Shown piece after piece: positions 8,499 through 15,302 of a stretch of DNA of 15,302 nt. Location: positions 1 to 15,302 of the forward strand of contig JAEOUG010000143.1 of the NCBI GenBank assembly GCA_016839445.1. The letters run 5' to 3'. Made by a program: the position numbers and the translations under genes. Source of the DNA: Candidatus Thorarchaeota archaeon. Its GTDB lineage: Archaea; Asgardarchaeota; Thorarchaeia; Thorarchaeales; Thorarchaeaceae. The notes beneath the pieces were generated by a model. That model saw nothing but the letters and a program-made list of their open reading frames with translations, made no database searches and was not told the origin of the DNA. Every line of letters starts with the position of its first letter. Within the stretch, counting starts at the first letter, position 1.

Positions 8499-8990
8499 GT
8501 GGAGGAGGAAAGGCAGAGAAGAGAGGCGGAGGTTCTCCTCAGTGCGCGACCATGCTTTCAGTGCGGAATCTGCGCAGCCTCATGCCCGGTGTACCGCGTC
8601 GCCCCAATGATGAACCCCCGACTGTATATCGATTCCATTCTCAACCGTGGAGTAGTGCCAGCTGAGGGAACCGAGTGGTTGTGTGCATATTGCCTCATGT
8701 GCGACGAGCGGTGTTCGATGGGAGTCGCTCTGGCGGAGATACTCATGGTCACGAAGAACATCTCTGCCAGAGAGGGCAAAGCACCCCAGGACCTCGTCAA
8801 CGCCGTCACGTCAATCCTGGGCACCGGATGTGTGATATCTGACCTCGGCAGAGTAGGGAAGGTGCGCAGCGCTCTCGCACTGCCAGAGCTGCCAAGACCC
8901 GACCTCCAACAGATTGGGAAGATCTTCGAACTGACAGGGGCATCAGAGGTGCTCCAAGCGAGCAGGAAGGAGGAGGAAACGGAGCCATGA
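8499..8990 (+). CDS. hdrC: Heterodisulfide reductase subunit C (2x[4Fe-4S])
   Basis: CFQCGICAASCP and WLCAYCLMCDERCS motifs; located between hdrA and hdrB. GTG start with GGAGG upstream; ATGA overlap with hdrB. Confidence 0.92.
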   Translation: MEEERQRREAEVLLSARPCFQCGICAASCPVYRVAPMMNPRLYIDSILNRGVVPAEGTEWLCAYCLMCDERCSMGVALAEILMVTKNISAREGKAPQDLVNAVTSILGTGCVISDLGRVGKVRSALALPELPRPDLQQIGKIFELTGASEVLQASRKEEETEP

Positions 8991-9865
8991 AGTACGCGTT
9001 CTTCCCGGGATGTACGATTGCCAACCGCCTTCAGTTTGTTGAGAAATCGTTACGAGTGACCATGCCTGAGTTTGACGTGGAGTTAGTGGACCTGCCCTTT
9101 GCGTGCTGCCCTGAGCCGAACGCAATGCGCTCATTCTGTGATGATACGTGGCTTGCGCTTGCCGCCAGAAACATCGCCCTAGCTGAAGACGTGGGACTAC
9201 CAATCCTCACAGCGTGTGCAGGTTGCCATGAGTCGCTGGCATTGGCAAAGCACCAACTCGACTCGAACCAGGAACGCAGGGAGAGGGTCAACGAGATCCT
9301 GAAACAGCTTGGACTGGAGTACAAAGGGACCTCGGAGATTCTACACGTGATTCAGTTCCTGAACGACACAGTCGGCCTGGAGACAATATCCTCCAAGGTG
9401 ACTAGACCCGTTCCCCTCAGAGTTGTCACGCATACCGGGTGCCACCTTCTGAGACCCGAGCGAATACTGGGAGTCGATTGCGCAGAAGATCCCAAGAAGC
9501 TAGATGCACTCTGCGAGGCCATTGGTATGGAGTCCCTCGAGTACATGGACAAGATCATGTGCTGCGGTGCGGGCGTGCGAAACGCAGATACGACGACCTC
9601 TTACGCGATTCTCAGAGAGAAGATGACCAGCATGGCAATGGTAGAGCCCGACGCCATCGTCGTATTCTGCCCCACATGCTTCATTACCTTCGAGTCTGGC
9701 CAACGCATAGCGAACAAGAGCTTCGGTACTGACTTCAAGATGGCGGTGTTCTACTTCACAGAGCTCCTGGCCTACGCCATGGACCTCCCTGGAGCGGAAC
9801 TCCTGCTGGCAGAACATCGTGTGAAGATTCAGATCCCTGAACCTCCCGAAGCCTTGGGGACCTAG
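8987..9865 (+). CDS. hdrB: Heterodisulfide reductase subunit B (two CCG domains)
   Basis: FFPGC, CCPEP and TACAGC in the first half; HTGCHLLRP, CCGAG and FCPTC in the second half. Strong GGAGGAGG SD upstream. Confidence 0.95.
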   Translation: MKYAFFPGCTIANRLQFVEKSLRVTMPEFDVELVDLPFACCPEPNAMRSFCDDTWLALAARNIALAEDVGLPILTACAGCHESLALAKHQLDSNQERRERVNEILKQLGLEYKGTSEILHVIQFLNDTVGLETISSKVTRPVPLRVVTHTGCHLLRPERILGVDCAEDPKKLDALCEAIGMESLEYMDKIMCCGAGVRNADTTTSYAILREKMTSMAMVEPDAIVVFCPTCFITFESGQRIANKSFGTDFKMAVFYFTELLAYAMDLPGAELLLAEHRVKIQIPEPPEALGT

Positions 9866-9948
9866 AACATCTCCAGATCTGAATTCCTCGTAGTGCTTGT
9901 GAGGATGGCACCTGGCTCAATCTCACTCCACGGACGACCGCGGTTCTC

Positions 9949-9972
9949 CGTAATCCATAGGATTGCGTTTGT
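9949..9972 (+). terminator. Candidate terminator hairpin downstream of hdrB
   Basis: CGTAATCC-ATA-GGATTGCG (8 bp including one G-U) followed by TTTGT. The T-tract is short. Confidence 0.3.
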
Positions 9973-10180
9973 CAGTTAGCCACTCATCACTAAACCGAGA
10001 ATTGGACAGCCTTCGATTAGTAGTTCGAAGCCAAGCTCACTGAAGGCATTCCTTATGCGGCCCGACCGGTCCATTCCTGTCCTCAGACGAAAGCCCATGA
10101 CACTCGGAACCCGATGAGGACAACCTTGTCTGATGAGCATGTTAAAATGACGGTGAGCCCACATTGATACGTCGAAGTAC

Positions 10181-11458
10181 ATGGGATTCGTTGCATCTGT
10201 CATCGTCCTTGCAGTGTTCGTCGTGGCCCTCATCGCTATCATGAGCGAACGGGCCAACGATACGGCAACTGCACTAGCAGCCTTCGGGGTTTCAGCCCTG
10301 GTGGTCTACTTCCTAGAGGGCGTCCCATTCGTCACATATGCCGAGGGGATTGGCTGGGACATAATCCTCTTCGTAGCAGCAATGATGATCATAGTCTCAG
10401 TGGTTGCATCCTCTGGTCTCTTCCAGTACGCAGGGCTCATGCTGGCCCTTCAGAGTGCAGGACAGCCGAAGAGGGTATTCTGGCGCTTCATGATTCTGGT
10501 CTTCCTTATGTCCCTCTTGTTTGACCCCCTGCCCACAATGCTCATCGTTAGCATCTTCACCGTCGAGGTGTGCAAAGCCATCGACGTAGACTTCAGACCG
10601 TATCTAATGACAGAAGCCGTAGTAGCAGGCCTAGCCTCTTTCGCCACTCCCATTGGCTCAATAACGAATCTGGTGATAGTCTATCTGGCCAACATCAACG
10701 TGGCGCTCATGTTTCTCACCCTTCTTCCTCTCTCCCTCATTCTCTTCTTCGTCACCGTCTTCTACATGCTCCGGAGGTATCCAGACGTCTTCGACGAGTC
10801 GAAGGTCAGGGATATGACAGATCTCTTTGACATAGACCCTAGCATCACGATTAGGTCCAAGAGGGAGCTAGCCTATTCAATCGCAGGAATGACTGCGCTC
10901 ATTCTCGGACTCGTGGCCATGCCGGAGCACGCCGCCATGGTGGCTCTGGTTGTGGCTGGCGGACTGCTTATTCCCTCGCGTGACAGAGCCCGAGACCTCT
11001 TCAGGCGTGTCTCCTGGGACACGGTCTTCTTCTTGATAGGCATGATGGGCCTTGTCAATGGACTGGCAGTCACTGGGTTCATCGACAGTCTAGCTGTAGG
11101 TCTGGAGTGGCTCTCTGGAGTGAATGACCTAATGGCCATCGTGCTGATGGTTCTTGTGCCAGGGGGCCTCATGTCGCCCCTGGACGCGAAGGCAGTAGGC
11201 ATCCTTCTGGCCCCTGCCGCTCAAGACCTTGCTGGGACCAATCCAATGATCCCCATCTCGCTTGTGGCAGGAGCTGACGCAGGTGGGTATGTAATTCCCT
11301 TTGGGGACGCACCGAACATGGTTGCGGTTTCAGTTTCAGAGAAGAACCTCAAACCTATCAGCTGGGCGGAGTTCAACAAGACGGTGCTTCCGATAGGGCT
11401 GCTCCACTTGGCGATAATCACAGTATACTGCGTCCTTCTCGGGCTGTTGTTAGCGTGA
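10181..11458 (+). CDS. ArsB/NhaD/SLC13 (ion transporter superfamily) membrane permease, 425 aa
   Basis: Highly hydrophobic multi-TM protein in two repeats joined by a polar linker. Family-like motifs: IGWDIILFVAAMM, ASSGLFQY, TPIGSITN, VSWDTVFFLIGM, GGYVIPFGDAPN, ISWAEF. Confidence 0.85.
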   Translation: MGFVASVIVLAVFVVALIAIMSERANDTATALAAFGVSALVVYFLEGVPFVTYAEGIGWDIILFVAAMMIIVSVVASSGLFQYAGLMLALQSAGQPKRVFWRFMILVFLMSLLFDPLPTMLIVSIFTVEVCKAIDVDFRPYLMTEAVVAGLASFATPIGSITNLVIVYLANINVALMFLTLLPLSLILFFVTVFYMLRRYPDVFDESKVRDMTDLFDIDPSITIRSKRELAYSIAGMTALILGLVAMPEHAAMVALVVAGGLLIPSRDRARDLFRRVSWDTVFFLIGMMGLVNGLAVTGFIDSLAVGLEWLSGVNDLMAIVLMVLVPGGLMSPLDAKAVGILLAPAAQDLAGTNPMIPISLVAGADAGGYVIPFGDAPNMVAVSVSEKNLKPISWAEFNKTVLPIGLLHLAIITVYCVLLGLLLA

Positions 11459-11546
11459 TGTCTACTCTGTCTGCCGCTGATTTGCCTCGGAGAAGAACAG
11501 CCGGAGTCTATCGACATGGGCAATCGTGTTCTAGTCTAATACACAT

Positions 11547-11563
11547 AGATGGTTTTATCATCT
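11547..11563 (+). promoter_or_regulatory. TATA-like box inside an inverted repeat upstream of the DUF4256 gene
   Basis: AGATG-gTTTTAT-CATCT. TTTTAT at 11553-11558 lies 25-30 nt upstream of ATG 11583, the spacing expected for an archaeal short-leader or leaderless transcript. Confidence 0.4.
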
Positions 11564-11582
11564 TAGGAACGAATCTGTGACT

Positions 11583-12170
11583 ATGCCAAGGACATCGGGC
11601 GCTTCATCAAAGAAGGAGTTGTCACCACAGCAACGTGATGGACTACTCAGCTCTCTTGAAGCTCGCTTCAAGAAGAACATGAACCGACACGCAGGTCTTG
11701 ATTGGGCCAAAGTGCAAGCCAAGCTGGCTGCAAATGCTGAGAAGACTTGGTCGATCAATGAGATGGAGAGGACCGGCGGCGAACCGGATGTTGTTTCCTA
11801 TGACAAGAAGACGGGCGAGTATGTGTTCTATGACTGCTCGCCTGAGAGCCCCGACGGCCGCAGGAACGTCTGCTACGATGGCAAGGCACAGGACGAGAGA
11901 GAGAGGAAAGGTGTGCACCCTGCAGGCAACGTTATTGATATGGCAGCTTCCATGGGCATTGAGGTCCTGACGGAAGAGCAGTATCGGGAGTTGCAGAAGA
12001 CTGGGGAGTTTGACACGAAGACGCAAAGCTGGGTGAAAACACCTTCCGACATCAGAGAACTCGGCGGGGCTATCTTCTGCGACCGCCGCTACAACACTGT
12101 CTTCGTCTATCACAATAGCGCGCCATCGTTCTACAGCTCAAGAGGGTTCCGTGGTTCTCTAAGGGTCTAG
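11583..12170 (+). CDS. DUF4256 domain-containing protein
   Basis: Recognisable family motifs ARFKKNMNRH, EMERTGGEPDVV, DCSPESPDGRRNVCYD, LTEEQYRELQ, FDTKTQSW, IRELGGAIFCDRRY and C-terminal RGFRGSLRV. Start is ATG 11583 or GTG 11577. Confidence 0.88.
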   Translation: MPRTSGASSKKELSPQQRDGLLSSLEARFKKNMNRHAGLDWAKVQAKLAANAEKTWSINEMERTGGEPDVVSYDKKTGEYVFYDCSPESPDGRRNVCYDGKAQDERERKGVHPAGNVIDMAASMGIEVLTEEQYRELQKTGEFDTKTQSWVKTPSDIRELGGAIFCDRRYNTVFVYHNSAPSFYSSRGFRGSLRV

Positions 12171-12176
12171 GCCATA

Positions 12177-12208
12177 GGAGTACGTGACGCGTTTCTGAAG
12201 TCAACTCC
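12177..12208. terminator. Stem-loop between the convergent DUF4256 and TPR genes
   Basis: GGAGT-acg-TGAC...GTCA-ACTCC: 9 bp with a 3-nt bulge and an 11-nt loop in a 43-bp convergent gap. No T-tract. Confidence 0.2.
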
Positions 12209-12213
12209 CGCCT

Positions 12214-13707
12214 TCAGACTGGAAGACCGGGGGAAGTCTGGATTCTATCCTTGAGATATGCCAGTCCAGGCAACTCAGCCATTCTCCTGACTTCATGCTC
12301 AAGTTCTTGAGCCTCACTCAGACGGCCTTGTTTGAGCCTCAGCTGCCCCTTCAGGAGGAGCACAAGGCCAATGACTCCAGGCAGATCCATCTCCTCGCCA
12401 TACTTCTCTAGTCTGGTGAGCCAGACACCTGATGATTCTTCTTGTGTATTTACTGGGTCTGGATTGAACGCCATGACCTCTGTTTCTGCAAGTCGCACCA
12501 TGCACGATGTTGCCCTATTGTGACGGTTCTCCTTCAGGTTGATATCAAGAGCTCTCTCAAGACTGTCCATGGCAGATTCATAGTCGCCCTGAGCTCGCTC
12601 AAGGATCCCATTGACCATCTGTTCTATGGCGAGCACAGACTCATACCCTGACTTGACAAGGTACTCTCTCCCCAGCTTCATCTGCTCTTCAGCCTCACTC
12701 AGCCTGCCTAGGTTGACCAGTGACCAAGCAACATCGAAGTGCGCCACTGGACGGAACAAAGGCATCTTGTCATAGGCATTCACGGCTTGCTGAGCCCACT
12801 CAAGTGCCTCGCGTCCGTTTCCCATCTCGTTGCACATCACTGACAGATTATGTATGTAGGTGCCTCCTGTTGCCCCAATTGATTCTAGGGACTTCAGGTT
12901 CTCGAGGTTCAGGTCGTATGCTTCTGAGTACTCGCCACGCATGTGACACATGACCTGAATCAGACTCAGAATGGACACGCGACACCTTACGCAATCAATG
13001 GAGCGGCTCTTTTCCGTGGCCTCGCGTAAGATTGCCTTAGCAGTGTCTGTTGAAGATGGGCCGAAGCTGTATACTCCAATGAGTTCTGCCTTCTGCCATA
13101 GGAGATACACCTCACTGACCACATCGTCAACTTCTAGCGCTTGAGCTAACCCTTTGTCGCAGGCCGATAGCGCTAGGCTGACATCACCCTCCAACCTCAA
13201 TCTTATTGCATAGTCAAGGTGGAATCTTGGAGAGTATTGGCGAAGTGCTCGGTTGCTTTCCATTGCCTGCTCAATGCGTGCCTGTGTCCTTGCTTCTAGG
13301 GGACTGCCAAGATTGTGCAGGGAAGCAATCCTGTACAGATGAAGGAGCAGCAGGAATGACTCCCACTCAGAGGTGCTCTCGTCAATTGCCTGTTCTGCCG
13401 CTTCAAAGACCGTGTCCCAATCGCCCCCAGAAATGGCCTTCATCTCCAAGAGATGTGGCCGTGCAGAGACTCTGTTACCTTGCGCTTGAAGCACCTTCCA
13501 CTTCAAATCGTCAAAGTGGAGGTATGATGAGTGCTGAATCGCTAGCAGAACAAGTTCATCTGTAGCAGATCCTGACATTGCCCTTCTGCAGAGTTCTCTG
13601 ACGTATTGAGGATAGTTCGAGGAGATCTCCAGCAACTTCTCCAGAGTCTTTCTTGTATTGCCCGTAACGAATTGGAAGTCTCTGGTTATCGTGCCAAAGG
13701 GTTTCAC
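12214..13707 (-). CDS. Tetratricopeptide-like helical repeat protein, ~497 aa
   Basis: TPR-like units: HMRGEYSEAYDLNLENL, NEMGNGREALEWAQQAV, VNLGRLSEAEEQMKLG, RAQGDYESAMDSLERAL, LKQGRLSEAQEL. The tracked start at 13986 overlaps the ATPase gene. GTG 13707 (MKPFGTIT) has a GGGTG SD-like motif just upstream; ATG 13752 is the alternative. Confidence 0.8.
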   Translation of the reverse strand: MKPFGTITRDFQFVTGNTRKTLEKLLEISSNYPQYVRELCRRAMSGSATDELVLLAIQHSSYLHFDDLKWKVLQAQGNRVSARPHLLEMKAISGGDWDTVFEAAEQAIDESTSEWESFLLLLHLYRIASLHNLGSPLEARTQARIEQAMESNRALRQYSPRFHLDYAIRLRLEGDVSLALSACDKGLAQALEVDDVVSEVYLLWQKAELIGVYSFGPSSTDTAKAILREATEKSRSIDCVRCRVSILSLIQVMCHMRGEYSEAYDLNLENLKSLESIGATGGTYIHNLSVMCNEMGNGREALEWAQQAVNAYDKMPLFRPVAHFDVAWSLVNLGRLSEAEEQMKLGREYLVKSGYESVLAIEQMVNGILERAQGDYESAMDSLERALDINLKENRHNRATSCMVRLAETEVMAFNPDPVNTQEESSGVWLTRLEKYGEEMDLPGVIGLVLLLKGQLRLKQGRLSEAQELEHEVRRMAELPGLAYLKDRIQTSPGLPV

Positions 13708-13876
13708 AACATGCACCCATGGTAATGGTACTACTGAATGTTTCGTTATCATAAAGAACCCTCGAATTAAAGTGACCCGACCCTCTGCCAAGACCAGACA
13801 GAGGGAGGCACGTGACCTCATGCAAAGACAATAATACCGTAATCGCAAGAACACAACTCCTTCGGAGAGGCATAAG

Positions 13877-15302
13877 TTGAGTGAGAAGACGGACTGGTTC
13901 AGAGAGACTCCTGAGGCAACATTGGAGTACTTGCAGACCTCCGTGGGTGGGCTCGCCGAACAGGAGGCCAGTCGAAGACTTGACACCTATGGGCCGAATG
14001 AGCTGAGGGAGGCCGAGAGGGCAGGCCCTCTCAGGATGTTCCTCCAGCAGTTCGCTAATCCTATGGTGGTCATCCTTCTCTTTGCGATAATCATCTCAAT
14101 AATCGTCGTCGTGCTTCACGGAAGTCATGAGGGCGAAGGCTTCATTGACGCGATAGTCATCTCAGCAATAGTAATCCTCAACGCGATATTCGGCTTCCTT
14201 CAGGAATATCGTTCAGAGAAAGCGCTCGAGGCCCTGAAGGATCTGTCCGCTCCTACAGCCATGGTCAAACGTGGAGGAGAATGGCAAGAGATTGAGGCTA
14301 GGGACCTGGTGCCTGGAGACGTCATCAGACTAGAAACTGGAGATATCGTGCCAGCCGATGCCAGACTCCTAGATGCAGTTGGCCTTGCAGCAGACGAGGC
14401 AGCTCTCACAGGCGAGTCTATGGCTGTGCAGAAGAGCACTTCAGCCATAACCGAGGGCACCCCCGCATTGGGAGACCGAGTCAACATCGTCTTCCAGGGT
14501 TCAATTGTGACAGCTGGGAAAGGAACAGCAGTCGTGACTTCGACAGGCATGACAACCGAGTTCGGCAAGATCGCCCAGCTCGTTCAGGAGAGTGAGCAAG
14601 ACCTGACGCCGCTCCAGCTGGACCTGGACAATCTGGGAAAGCGGCTAGGAGGCGTAGTCCTCGTTCTCTCCATCATCGTTTCGGCTTCGCTCTTCTTTGT
14701 TAGCGCGGCGTACACTTGGAATGAGGCACTCTTCGTTGGCATTGCCGTGGCGGTGGCCGCGATTCCTGAGGGGCTTCCTGCTGTGGTGACTGTAACACTC
14801 GCACTCGGCGTCGGTCGCATGGTCAAACGTAACGCGATTGTCCGCCGCCTTCCCAGTGTGGAAACACTCGGCTCGACGACTGTGATTTGCTCTGACAAAA
14901 CCGGGACCATAACGAAGAACGAGATAACAGCTAGGTACTTCTACCTCGCAAGCCGAAGACTAACAGTGGAGGGTACCGGCTACGCCAAGGAGGGCAGGTT
15001 CCATACCGCCTCAGAGCCATCGAGCTGCGTGGCCCTTCAGAAGATGCAGGATGTCTTCGACCCTGCCAACTGCAAGGAGCTGCTAATGCTTCTCAAGGCA
15101 GGGCAGCTGTGCTCGACTGCCATACTCTCCCCGAACCCCGAAGACACCGCAAGCTGGAAGATAATGGGAGACCCCACAGAGGCCTCCATCCTCGTCGCGG
15201 CAGAGAAGGCAGGTCTTTCTCTCGATGCAACTCGAGGGCAGTACGAGGAAGTCACTGAGTTCTCCTTTGATTCGAAGCGAAAGAGAATGACAGTTGTCCA
15301 CC
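13877..15302 (+). CDS. Cation-transporting P-type ATPase, P2A (SERCA/PMR1-like, probably Ca2+), 5' part truncated by the window edge
   Basis: Not in the ORF track; translated by hand. Motifs YGPNEL (13988), [32 protein letters not shown] (TGES at 14408), VAAIPEGLP (PEGL at 14765), phosphorylation motif ICSDKTGT (D at 14894), GDPTE and FDSKRKRM. An in-frame TAA at 13832 bounds the start; TTG 13877 has GGAGAGG 6 nt upstream. Confidence 0.95.
   Translation, partial: MSEKTDWFRETPEATLEYLQTSVGGLAEQEASRRLDTYGPNELREAERAGPLRMFLQQFANPMVVILLFAIIISIIVVVLHGSHEGEGFIDAIVISAIVILNAIFGFLQEYRSEKALEALKDLSAPTAMVKRGGEWQEIEARDLVPGDVIRLETGDIVPADARLLDAVGLAADEAALTGESMAVQKSTSAITEGTPALGDRVNIVFQGSIVTAGKGTAVVTSTGMTTEFGKIAQLVQESEQDLTPLQLDLDNLGKRLGGVVLVLSIIVSASLFFVSAAYTWNEALFVGIAVAVAAIPEGLPAVVTVTLALGVGRMVKRNAIVRRLPSVETLGSTTVICSDKTGTITKNEITARYFYLASRRLTVEGTGYAKEGRFHTASEPSSCVALQKMQDVFDPANCKELLMLLKAGQLCSTAILSPNPEDTASWKIMGDPTEASILVAAEKAGLSLDATRGQYEEVTEFSFDSKRKRMTVVH

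Noticed and set aside
5776-10125. Similar short motifs in two intergenic regions (ctcggaaatcatgag at 5776, ctcggaacccgatgag at 10103)
   Set aside because: Short, gapped similarity compatible with chance.
10081-10140. Hammerhead ribozyme core (GAAA at 10089, CTGATGA at 10130)
   Set aside because: Stems I, II and III cannot be formed around the core in any permutation.
5957-10180. Selenocysteine in HdrA/MvhD and a downstream SECIS, as known in some archaea
   Set aside because: There is no internal TGA, and the relevant motifs (DCSIC, CAFC, GCH...CH) use Cys codons. The ATGA...AA...TGA at 10097-10118 has only a ~4-bp helix, too short for a SECIS.
13753-13986. N-terminal part of the tracked 590-aa TPR ORF
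   Set aside because: It overlaps the ATPase gene and the divergent promoter region on the opposite strand, and its composition is not protein-like.
20-15301. Numerous short antisense or alternate-frame ORFs in the track, e.g. 54-317, 6290-6826, 9976-10257, 11643-12113, 14200-14568
   Set aside because: They overlap well-supported genes and have no recognisable motifs, as expected for shadow ORFs in moderately GC-rich DNA.
1-15302. CRISPR arrays, tRNA/rRNA genes, IS elements, inteins
   Set aside because: I found no regularly spaced repeats, cloverleaf, transposase ORF or terminal inverted repeats. Protein lengths match intein-free family members.

Overview
This window holds ten protein-coding genes and shows no rRNA, tRNA, CRISPR array or mobile element that I can support. 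The left part (- strand) is a translationally coupled excision-repair operon, uvrB-uvrA-uvrA'. The second uvrA copy is missing from the ORF track, runs off the window edge and keeps the UvrB-binding domain. A 400-bp structured intergenic region separates it from a divergent heterodisulfide reductase operon: an HdrA-MvhD fusion with a basic low-complexity tail, then hdrC and hdrB. Next come an ArsB/NhaD/SLC13-type permease with atypical loop motifs, a DUF4256 protein, a TPR-like helical repeat protein (- strand) and the 5' part of a P2A-type Ca2+-transporting P-type ATPase (also missing from the ORF track). Gene content, TATA-like boxes and the TPR protein's N-terminus suggest an anaerobic archaeon, possibly Asgard/Thorarchaeota; this is inference only. 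The most notable signal is the tandem pair of class-I-like UvrA paralogs coupled to one uvrB, one of which carries an LAGGE signature.
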